From: an uncultured Acidimicrobiales bacterium
Lineage (GTDB): Bacteria; Actinomycetota; Acidimicrobiia; Acidimicrobiales; VFJN01
Reading direction: 5' to 3'
Assembly (NCBI GenBank): GCA_963778415.1
Contig: CAVZUI010000013.1
Coordinates: 67,976 to 131,975, forward strand
DNA length: 64,000 nucleotides
Under the pieces are notes generated by a model that saw nothing but the letters and a program-made list of their open reading frames with translations, had not been told where the DNA came from and searched no databases. A program made the translations under genes and the position numbers. Below are positions 39,791 through 48,351 of this stretch, in pieces (within the stretch, counting starts at the first letter, position 1; each line of letters opens with the position of its first letter).

Positions 39791-40111
39791 GAGGCGATGG
39801 GTTCCGTCGGGCCGGGGTTGAGGCGGTGGTTCCGGATGTGGAACCGATTGCCTCGGGCGCCGGTGGGCGGAACCTGTTGCCTCACGTCACCCCGAGGCGA
39901 TGGGTTCCGTCGGGCCGGGGATGAGGCGGTGGTTCCGGATGTGGAACCGATTGCCTCAGCCTCGGGTGGGCGGAACCATTGCCTCGGGCGGGCGTGAGGC
40001 AATGGGTTCCGGTTCGGCGAGGCGATGGGTTCCGTTGGGGCGAGGTTGAGGTGGTGGTTCCGGATGTGGAACCGATTGCCTCAGGCTCGGGCGGGCGGAA
40101 CCTATTGCCTC
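39791..40111. repeat. Three tandem ~100-125 bp nested-palindrome units built from 13 copies of a 14-15 bp motif (GGAACCnnTTGCCTC and its complement)
   Basis: Unit starts are 39791, 39894 and 40019. The central hairpins GAGGCGGTGGTTCC ggatgt GGAACCGATTGCCTC lie at 39820-39854, 39923-39957 and 40048-40082. Outer arms lie at 39791-39805/39869-39883, 39894-39908/39972-39985 and 40019-40033/40097-40111, with an extra arm at 39996-40010. The array sits between convergent stops (39787 and 40192). Confidence 0.9.
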
Positions 40112-40191
40112 GGAACTCCGGATCGGGCGCACGGGCGAGTCCAACGGGCACCGACGGGCTCGGGCGCCCGGCGAGGCCGGGCCAGGCCCGG

Positions 40192-41482
40192 TCAGGTGAT
40201 GCGCTCGTGGATCAGGGGGCGCGGGGCGGGGGGCTCGGGGCCGACCTCGATCGCCGTCTCGAGCGCGGCCAGCGCGCCCGGCAGGCGGGCCTCGTCGTCG
40301 GCGTGCAGCAGCAGCACGGGTTCGCCCGCCTCGACCGGGTCGCCGGGCTTGCGCAGGCAGATCGCCCCGGCCGACGGCGACACGGGGTCCTCCTTGCGGG
40401 ACCGGCCGGCGCCGAGGCGCCACACCGCCACGCCGACGGCGCGGGCGTCGAGGCGGCGCAGGTAGCCCCCGGCCGGGGCCCGCACCTCGTGGTGGACCGT
40501 GGCCGCCGGCAGGTCGGCGTCGGGATCGCCGCCCTGGGCCCGGATCATGGCGTCCCACACGGCGAGCGCCCGCCCGTCGGCCAGCGCGGCGCGGGGACCG
40601 CCGTCGTCGCCGGGAACGATCCCGGCGAGCGCCAGCATCTCGGCGGCCAGCGCCACCGTGACCTCGACGAGGTCGGCCGGCCCGCCGCCCCGGAGCACCT
40701 CGACGAGCCTCGAGCACCTCGAGGCCGTTGCCGCACGCCCGGCCCAGCGGGGCCTCCATGTCGGTGATGAGCGCCACCGTCCGCACGCCGTGCGGCCTGC
40801 CCGAGGCCCGACCATGGTCTCGGCCAGGCGGCGGGCCGTGTCGATCTCGGGCAGGAACGCCCCGGACCCCACCTTCACGTCGAGCACCAGCGCCTCGGTG
40901 CCCTCGGCGATCTTCTTCGACATGATCGAGCTGGCGATCAGCGGCACGGCCTCGACCGTGGCCGTCACGTCGCGGAGGGCGTAGAGCTTCCGGTCGGCCG
41001 GGCACAGCGTCTCGCTGGCCGCGCAGATCACGGCGCCGACGTCGCGCAGCTGCGCCACGACGCGGTCGGTGGGCAGCGTGGCCTGCCAGCCCGGGATGGC
41101 CTCGAGCTTGTCGAGCGTGCCGCCGGTGTGGCCGAGCCCGCGGCCCGAGAGCTGGGGGACCGCCGCCCCGCACGCCGCCACCAGCGGCGCCAGCGGCAGC
41201 GACACCTTGTCGCCCACGCCGCCGGTCGAGTGCTTGTCGACCGTCGGGCGGCCGACCCCCGACAGGTCGAGGCGCTCGCCGCTGTCGATCATCGCCTGCG
41301 GTCCAGGTGGCCAGCTCGCCGGGAGCCATGTCTCGCAACAGGATCGCCATGCACAGCGCCGCGGCCTGCTCGTCGGCGATCGTGCCGGCGGTGTAGCCCT
41401 CGATGAAGAAGCGCACCTGCTCGTCGCTGAGCGTGCCGCCGTCGCGCTTGGTGCGGATCACGTCGAGGATGTCGGTCGCCAC
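40192..41482 (-). CDS. deoA: Thymidine phosphorylase; about three apparent frameshifts
   Basis: N-terminus in the ORF 39956-41482 frame (ILDVIRTKRDGGTLSDEQVRFFIEGYTAGTIADEQAAALCMAILLRDM). The core is in ORF 40192-41292 (VDKHSTGGVGDKVSLPLAPLVAACG...SGRGLGHTGGTLDKLEAIPG...IASSIMSKKIAEG...VLDVKVGSGAF), with a short internal excursion to another frame (GVRTVALITDMEAPLGRACGNGLEV). Confidence 0.92.
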
Positions 41483-41525
41483 GGTCGCTCCGTCGTGTTC
41501 GGCCCGCCTGGGCGGATCAGTCGCT

Positions 41526-41572
41526 AGGAGTCCAGATCGTCAGGAGTCAGATCGTCAGGAGTCCAGATCGTC
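41526..41572. repeat. Triple tandem 16/15/16-nt repeat (AGGAGTC(C)AGATCGTC) covering the cdd stop codon and the cdd-deoA spacer
   Basis: Copies lie at 41526-41541, 41542-41556 and 41557-41572. On the coding strand the first copy encodes DDLDS-stop of cdd, and the next two repeat that segment including TGA/TAG. Confidence 0.85.
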
Positions 41573-41956
41573 GGGCCCGAACGCCCCGGGCAGCCACTCG
41601 GCCATCGGGCGCTCGTTGACGATGCAGCCCCGGACCGCCGGCCTCGAACAGCAGCTGGCGGCACCGACCGCAGCAGCGCGAGGTCGTGGCCGTCGGGGTC
41701 GGTCACCGCCACCGCCACGAGGCGGCCCCCGCCGGTGGCGTGCAGCGACGACACCAGCCCGCACTCGGCGCACAGCGTCAGCCCGTACGAGGCGTTCTCG
41801 ACGTTGCAGCCCGACCACGACGCGCCCGTCGTCGACGAGGCCCGCGGCGCCCACGGGGAAGTGCGAGTAGGGCATGTAGGCCCGGCGGGCGATGTCGGCG
41901 GCGGCGGCCCGCAGCGCGGCCCAGTCGATCGGCGGGTCGGGCGGTGCCTCGCTCAT
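41555..41956 (-). CDS. cdd: Cytidine deaminase; two apparent frameshifts
   Basis: MSEAPPDPPIDWAALRAAAADIARRAYMPYSHFPVGAAGLVDDGRVVVG (ORF 41555-42166 frame). Then CNVENASYGLTLCAECGLVSSLHATGGGRLVAVAV (ORF 41524-41754 frame), CGRCRQLLFEAGG, and IVNERPMAEWLPGAFGPDDLDS-stop. Both zinc motifs CAEC and CGRC are present. The ATG overlaps the upstream permease stop (ATGA). Confidence 0.9.
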   Translation of the reverse strand: MSEAPPDPPIDWAALRAAAADIARRAYMPYSHFPVGAAGLVDDGRVVVGLQRRERLVRADAVRRVRAGVVAARHRRGPPRGGGGDRPRRPRPRAAAVGAASCCSRPAVRGCIVNERPMAEWLPGAFGPDDLDS

Positions 41957-43265
41957 CGGGGCCGTTCGTAGGGCTGGCCGACGGCGGCCGGCGCCACCGA
42001 CCGGCCGACGGCCCCGGCCACCACGATGATCGTCACGACGTAGGGCAGCGCCTGCCAGAACTCGCTGGGGATCGAGAAGTCGCCGATCGTGACGTCGAGG
42101 ATCTGCAGGCGGGTGCCGAGCGCCCGCGTGAAGCCGAACAGCATGGCCCCGGCGAACGCGCTCCACGGCCGCCAGCGGCCGAAGATCAGCGCGGCCAGGG
42201 CGATGAAGCCGGCGCCGTTGGTCATGTTGTCCTGGAAGCCGCCCTGGCCCTCCATCGAGAACCAGGCGCCGGCCGAGGCCCGGCGATCAGCCCGCCGAGG
42301 ATCACGGCCTGGTAGCGGATCTTGATCACGTCGATGCCCAGCGTCTCGGCCGCGTGCGGGTTCTCGCCGCACGACCGGACCCGCAGACCCCACGGCGTGC
42401 GGAACAGCACGAACCAGGTGGCGGCGACGATCACGAACATCGCGAAGAAGATCGGCTTGTTCGTGAAGAGCTGATCGCCGACGACCGGGATGTCGGACAG
42501 CAGCGGGATCGAGATCTCGGACGTGGCGACACCGGTCGAGATGTCCCGCGGCACGATCACCTGCGACCGCAGGAAGCTGGTGAGCCCGAGCGCCAGCAGG
42601 TTGATGACGACGCCCGAGATGATCTGGTCGACCCGGAACGTGACCGAGACGAGCGAGTGCAGCGCGCCGATCAGCCCGCCGGTGAGCACGGCGGCGAGGA
42701 TGCCGATCCACAGCCACGTCGGGTCCTGCGCGTCGCCGAGCACCGCGTAGACGGTGAAGCCCGACACCGGCGGCGCCCAGCATCATGCCCTCGATGGCGA
42801 TGTTGACGACGCCCGAACGCTCGGACCACAGCCCGGCCATGGCCCCGAGGGCGATCGGCGTGCCGAGGCGCAGCGACTCGACGATCAGCTGGACGACGTT
42901 GGTCGACGGCGCCTCGGACCACGCCAGCGAGAGGATGACGACGAGCGGCGCCAGCAGCACCGCCGACACGATCAGGCCGGCCCGGGCGTAGCGGCCCCAC
43001 TGGGGCGAGCGCCCGATCACGAAGGTGGCGACGGCGGCGATGACGAAGAAGATCGCCGATGGCGACGACCACCGTGCGCGGCGAGAACGAGATCTCGGCC
43101 GGCTCGGGCGGTTGCTCGAGCGTGAACGACTTGGTGGCGTCGTCGAGGTTGGGCGCCACGTAGCCGACGAGCATCACGCCGAGGATCCCGAAGATGCACC
43201 CCGATGGTCTGGAAGCGGTCGAGCCCGCGGGACGGCGCGCCGCCACCGTCGTCGCCGTCAGTCAT
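41953..43265 (-). CDS. Nucleoside (BMP-type) ABC transporter permease, second subunit; about four apparent frameshifts
   Basis: Pieces: MTDGDDGGGAPSRGLDRFQ; CIFGILGVMLVGYVAPNLDD...; ORF 41953-43020 (GRYARAGLIVSAVLLAPLVVILSLAW...ESLRLGTPIALGAMAGLWSERSGVVNIAIEGMML); ORF 42222-42767 (FTVYAVLGDAQDPTWLWIGILAAVLTGGLIGALHSLVSVTFRVDQIISGVVINLLALGLT...FRTPWGLRVRSCGENPHAAETLGI); tail FQDNMTNGAGFIALAALIFGRWRPW. Confidence 0.88.
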
Positions 43266-44445
43266 GCCGTTCCGCCCCACTCGGTGCCGAACTGGGGTTC
43301 CTCGAACCCGCCCTCGGTCTTCGTGCGCGATGCGGAACACCGTGCGCACGATCACGTCGGCGGCGACGAACAGCAGCACCAGCGCCTGCACGATGCGCAC
43401 GATGTCGATCGACAGGCCCGTCTCCTGCTGCATCAGGGGCGCCCCGGCCAGCATCGAGCCCCACAGGATGGCGGCGGGGACGACCGCGAACGGGTTGGCC
43501 CGGGCCAGCAGGGCGATGGCGATCGAGTCGAAGCCGACCGCGACGAACACCCCGGGGCTGAGGTAGCCCGACGTGCCCGGCGATCTCGCCGGCGCCGGCC
43601 AGCCCGGCGAAGCTGCCGGCCATCGACCATCACCATCACGATGACGGTCGAGACGCCCACGCCGGCGTAGCAGCGACGCGTGCGGGTTGGCGCCGACCAT
43701 GCGGATCTCGAAGCCCTTGGTGGTGCGCTGCAGCACGAACCACACGAACACGCACAGGCCGAGCATGATCAGGAAGCCGACGTGGAGCGGCGGGGAGCTG
43801 TCGACGAGGCTCGGGCAGCCGGGCTCCGTCGGAGATCGAGGCGCTGCGGGCCACCGAGGCGCCGGGGTCGCGCAGGATCAGCGGGTCGGTCGAGTTCACG
43901 AGCCACCGCACGATCACCAGGGCGATGTTGTTGAGCATGATCGTCGTGATCACCTCGTGGGCCCCGGTGCGCACCTTGAGGACGCCGGGGATCGAAGCCG
44001 TAGAGCGCGCCGCCGATGGCGCCGGCGACGAGCACCGTCACGACGGCGAGCGGGCCGGGGATGTCGTTCGACCACGTCCCAGGTCCCGACCCAGGCGGCC
44101 GCGGTCGCCCCGACGAGGAGCTGGCCCTCGACGCCGATGTTGAACAGGCCGGCACGGAAGGCGAACGCCACGGCGAGCGCGGCGCCGATGAACGGCGTGG
44201 ACCGCCCGAGCGAGGCGGCCACCCGGTCCCAGCTGCCGAACATGCCGCGCAGCAGCGACCAGTAGGCCGTGAACGGGTTCTCGCCGACCAGCAGGATGAC
44301 GATCCCGCCGACGAAGACGGCGAGCAGGATGGCGCAGATCGGCACGAGGATCGGCTGGAGGTCGAAGTAGTCGCGCAGGAAGCGCACCGCCGCCGACCCG
44401 CCCTGGCCCTTCGCCGTTGCCGTTGCGGGGCTCGCTCGCGCTCAC
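43262..44445 (-). CDS. Nucleoside (BMP-type) ABC transporter permease, first subunit; about four to five apparent frameshifts
   Basis: Pieces: VSASEPRNGNG...; ORF 43950-44387 (RFLRDYFDLQPILVPICAILLAVFVGGIVILLVGENPFTAYWSLLRGMFGSWDRVAASLGRSTPFIGAALAVAFAFRAGLFNIGVEGQLL); ORF 43636-43974 (RTGAHEVITTIMLNNIALVIVRWLVN); ORF 43017-43766 (MLGLCVFVWFVLQRTTKGFEIRMVGANPHA...AVGFDSIAIALLARANPFAVVPAAILWGSMLAGAPLMQQETGLS). The stop overlaps the next start (ATGA). Confidence 0.85.
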
Positions 44446-46030
44446 GGCTCGACCCCCACGGTCTCGTCGTCGGTGGCGCCGTCCTCGGGGGCATCGTCGC
44501 GACCGCTGGCCATCAGGTATCCCACGGTGTCGCGCGACGCCTCGGCGCGCGGGAACTCGCCGACCAGGCGGCCGCGGATACAGCACGCCGATGCGGTCGG
44601 AGAGGGAGAAGATCTCGTCGAGCTCGGCCGACACGAGCAGCACCGCGGCCCCCGCGTCGCGCATCTCGACGATGCGATGGTGGATGAACTCGATCGACCC
44701 GACGTCGAGGCCCCGCGTCGGCTGGGCGACGATGAGCACCCGGGGGTCGCCCGACAGCTCGCGAGCGATGATCACCTTCTGCTGGTTGCCGCCCGACAGG
44801 GTCGCCACCGGGGCGTGGATGCTCGGCGTGCGCACGTCGTAGCGCTTGACCAGCTCGGTGGCCTGCTCGTCGACCTCGCGGGTCTGGCGGATGAAGCGCC
44901 GGGCGAACGGACGGTGCCGCGTAGGTGTTGAGCACCAGGTTGTCGGCGATCGTGAACGACTCGACGACCCCGTGCTTGTTGCGGTCCTCGGGCACGTGCC
45001 CGACGCCCATCTCGTCGACCCGGCGGGGGTTGGCGTTCGTGAGGTCGATGCCGTCGAGCTCGACCCGGCCGCCGCGCTTGGGGCGCATGCCGGTGATGGC
45101 CTCGACCAGCTCGCGCTGGCCGTTGCCCTCGACCCCGGCCACGCCGAAGATCTCGCCGGCGCGCACATCGAAGCTCAGCGCCGTGACGGCAGGGATGCCG
45201 CGGTCGTCGTCGACCTCGAGGTCGCGGACCCGCAGCGTCACGTCCTTCGGCTGCGCCGGCTCCTTCTCGATCGACAGCAGGACCTCGCGCCCCACCATCA
45301 GCGACGCCAACGAGGCCGGCGTGGCCTCGCCCGGATCGGCGGACCCGACCACCTTGCCCTGCCGCAGCACGGTGATGCGATCGGCCACCGCCAGCACCTC
45401 GCGCAGCTTGTGCGTGATGAAGATGATCGACTTGCCCTCGGCGGTGAGGCTCCGGACGACGCCGAAGAACTCGTCGACCTCGCCGGGCGTGAGCACGGCC
45501 GTCGGCTCGTCGAGGATGAGGATCGACGCGTCGCGGAACAGCGCCTTGAGCAGCTCGACGCGCTGCTGCTGGCCGACCGACAGGTCCTCGACCTTGGCGT
45601 CGGGGTCGACCGGGACGCCCCAGTCGGCGCTGAGGGTGGCGATGCGCTCGCGTGCCGCGTCGAGGTCGAGCAGGGGACCGCGGCGCAGCTCGTCGCCCAG
45701 CACGACGTTCTCGGCCACCGAGAACACCTGGACGAGCTGGAAGTGCTGGTGGACCATGCCGATGCCGCGCGCGATGGCGTCGGCCGAGCTGCGGAACCGG
45801 ACGGGCTCACCCTCGACGGCCAGCTCGCCGGCGTCGGGCTGGTAGAGCCCGAAGATCACGTTCATCAGCGTGGACTTGCCGGCGCCGTTCTCGCCGAGGA
45901 GGCAGTGCACCTCGCCGCGGCGCAGCTCGAGGTCGACCGCGTCGTTGGCGAGCACACCGGGGAAGCGCTTGGTGATCCCGTGGGCGGCGAGGACGACGTC
46001 GGACGGCGAGTGGGTGGCGGGGCTCGTCAT
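44442..46030 (-). CDS. ABC transporter ATP-binding protein with duplicated ATPase domains (nucleoside/sugar type); two apparent frameshifts (~44930, ~44580)
   Basis: ORF 44513-46030: GENGAGKSTLMNVIFG (Walker A), LSVGQQQRVELLKAL, ILILDEPTAVL (Walker B), second P-loop GVEGNGQRELV. It continues in the ORF 44038-45168 frame (LSGGNQQKVIIAREL...LIVAQPTRGLDVGSIEFIHHRIVEMRD). The tail LMASGRDDAPEDGATDDETVGVEP-stop overlaps the permease GTG (GTGA). Confidence 0.92.
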
Positions 46031-46044
46031 GGGGCGGTGGGGAC

Positions 46045-46090
46045 GACGGTGCGGGCCCGCATCGAGGGTTCGTCGCAGGCCCGCACCGTC
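46045..46090 (-). terminator. Intercistronic hairpin (perfect 13-bp stem, 20-nt loop) between the binding-protein gene and the ATPase gene
   Basis: GACGGTGCGGGCC (46045-46057) pairs with GGCCCGCACCGTC (46078-46090). It lies in the 73-nt spacer after the BMP lipoprotein stop (46105). This is the classic position for a partial terminator or mRNA stabiliser in ABC operons. Confidence 0.45.
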
Positions 46091-46104
46091 ACGTCACGTC
46101 AGGG

Positions 46105-47255
46105 TCAGTTCGGCAGCCCGGTCACGGGGTCGACGCCCGGTGTCGATCGAGCCGTCCGCCAGGCCCGGCGCGGGCCTCCTCGAACGCCTCGGTCGCCTCG
46201 TCGGGCAGCTCGGCGTCGTGGAAGGGGGCGTACGTGATGCCGTCGTTGGCGGCCTCGAGGGTGTAGAGGCCGCCCTCGAAGCTGTCCTGGAGGGCAGCGA
46301 CGATGTTGCGGAACACGGCGAGGTCGACCCGCTTCACGGCCGAGGTGGCGAGGAACTCGGACCCGGGGGCGTCGCCACCGTTGAAGGTCGTGAAGTACTC
46401 GTCCTGGTCGACGCCGATGGCCCACACGCCCTGCTCGGCGGCGGCGGCGACGCCGCCCGAGCCGGTCTGGCCGCCGGCACCGAAGATGACGTCGGCGCCC
46501 TCGCCGATGAACTGGGCGGCGTCGGAGGCACCCTTGTCGGGGGCGGTGAACGACTCGTTGTAGACCGACAGCACCCGGATGTCGGGGTTCACCGACTGGG
46601 CCCCGGTCTCGTAGGCGTTGACGAACCGCACGACCGGCGGGACGTCCTCGCGGCCGCCGACGACGCCGATCACGCCGCTCTCGCTGAGCGAGGCGGCGAG
46701 CACGCCGGCCAGGTAGCCGCCCTGGTCCTCGCGGAACAGCACGCCGATGTAGTTCTCGGGGAACTCTTCCTGGAACTGGTCGATCCCGATGAAGTTCACG
46801 TCGGGGTTGGCCGTGGCGGCCGCCAGGGTGGCGTCGGCGAGGAGGAACCCGGTGGTGATCAGCACGTCGGGCGTCGACTCGAGCGAGGTGGCGATGTTGG
46901 TCTCGTAGTCGGCCTCGGACACCGTCTCGATGTAGCTCGTCTCGAAGCCGAAGCACTCGCCGGCGGCTTCCATCGCCTCGAAGGCGAACTGGTTGAAGGT
47001 GCCGTCGTCGACGCGGCCGATGTCGGTGACGAGGTTGACGCGGAAGTCCTCGGGGGCCTCGACGCCGTCGTCCTGGGCCGCCTCGCACTCCTCGTCGAGG
47101 GTGACCGCGGGCGGGCCCTCGACCTCTGCCGCAGTCGTGTCGCTGCTGCCGTCGTCACTCGCGGCGTCGTCGTCATCGTCACCACCGCACCCGGCGGCGA
47201 CGACGGTCAACGCCAGCAGAGCGGCGAGGACCTTGTACCTGCGTCGTTGCATCAT
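46105..47255 (-). CDS. BMP family (PnrA/TmpC-like) nucleoside-binding lipoprotein; one apparent frameshift near 46165
   Basis: ORF 46122-47255: MMQRRRYKVLAALLALTVVAAGC (lipobox), FRVNLVTDIGRVDDGTFNQFAFEAM, VLITTGFLLADA, NFIGIDQ, FREDQGGYLAGVLAA...GVIGVVGGREDVPPVVRFVNAYETGA...DVIFGAGGQTGSG...WAIGVDQDEY. The tail ADGSIDTGVDPVTGLPN-stop is in a second frame. RBS AGGAGA is present. Confidence 0.92.
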
Positions 47256-47494
47256 CCGTTCGTTCTCCTGTCGTGGAACGCATGACCTGAGAGGGCCACT
47301 CGCGCACCCTAGTCAGAATTCCCACTCGATCGAGCGGATGGGCGCGCAGCCGGTCAGAGCTGTGACATCGTCGTAACCGATCTGTCACCGGGCGAGGTCG
47401 AGACATGACAGAACGGCAGGTCGGGCACCGGTCGCGCCGTGTCCGCCGCGCCTGGCGCGGCCGCGCCCGGCGGCCCCCGGGTAGCGTCGGCGCG

Positions 47495-48351
47495 GTGACC
47501 GCTCCGCCGCCCACCTCTCCGCGCCCGCCGACCGATCCGTTCGCGCTGGCCGCCGAGGCCGGCGCGGGCCCTGGCCACGGCCACGGGCGTCGACCGGCCA
47601 CGACGTGGCCGTCGTGCTGGGGTCGGGGTGGAAGCCGGCCGTCGACCTCATGGGCGACGTGGTGGCCGAGGTGGCCAGCACCGACCTGCCGGGGTTCCCG
47701 CCGTCGACCGTCCCCGGCCACGCCGGCAGCATCCGGTCGATCGTGGCGCCCGGCGGCCGTCGGGTGCTCGCCTTCGTCGGGCGGGTCCACGGCTACGAGG
47801 GCCACCAGCCGAGCGCCGTCGCCCACGCGGTGCGGACCGCCCACGCCGCCGGCTGCACCGCCGTCGTGCTGACCAACGCCGCCGGGGGCATCACCGAGGG
47901 CCTGGCGGTCGGCCAGCCGGTCCTCATCGCCGACCACATCAACCTGACCGGTGGGTCGCCCGTGGCCGGCCCGATGCCGGCCGAGGGGGTGCCCATCCGC
48001 TTCGTCGACCTGACCGACGCCTACTCGCCCCGGCTCCGGGCCCTCGCCCGCGAGGTCGATCCGACGCTCGTCGAGGGCGTGTACGCGGGGCTGCCGGGGC
48101 CGCACTTCGAGACCCCGGCCGAGATCCGCATGCTGCGCTCGCTCGGCGCCGACCTCGTGGGCATGTCGACGGTGTGGGAGACGATCGCCGCCCGCCACCT
48201 CGGGCTCGAGGTGCTGGCCCTGTCGCTGGTCACCAACCTGGCCGCCGGCCTGTCGGGCGAGCCGCTGAACCACGACGAGGTGCTCGAGGCCGGCCGGGTG
48301 GCCGCCGAGCGCATGGGCGCCCTGCTGGCCGACGTCGTCGGCCGGATGTGA
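47495..48351 (+). CDS. punA: Purine nucleoside phosphorylase (PNP family 2/PunA type); one apparent frameshift near 47570
   Basis: DPFALAAEA... (ORF 47405 frame) joins ORF 47605-48351: VAVVLGSGW...[17 protein letters not shown]...[14 protein letters not shown]...[11 protein letters not shown]...[14 protein letters not shown]...[11 protein letters not shown]...[58 protein letters not shown]. Confidence 0.92.

Noticed and set aside
39791-40111. A possible CRISPR array.
   Set aside because: The would-be spacers are themselves repeated and palindromic copies of the same motif. The unit period is irregular (103 and 125 bp), there are only three units, and no cas genes are in the window.
39797-40465. 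Small ORFs starting MGSVG(P/A)...WFRMWNRLP, repeated in each unit of the palindromic array (track ORFs 39797-39997 and 40025-40465).
   Set aside because: The repeats are offset by 103 and 125 bp, which are not multiples of 3, so the peptides are not maintained in one frame. The putative GAGG is only 2 nt from the ATG. The ORFs run antisense into deoA, and their similarity follows directly from the DNA repeat.
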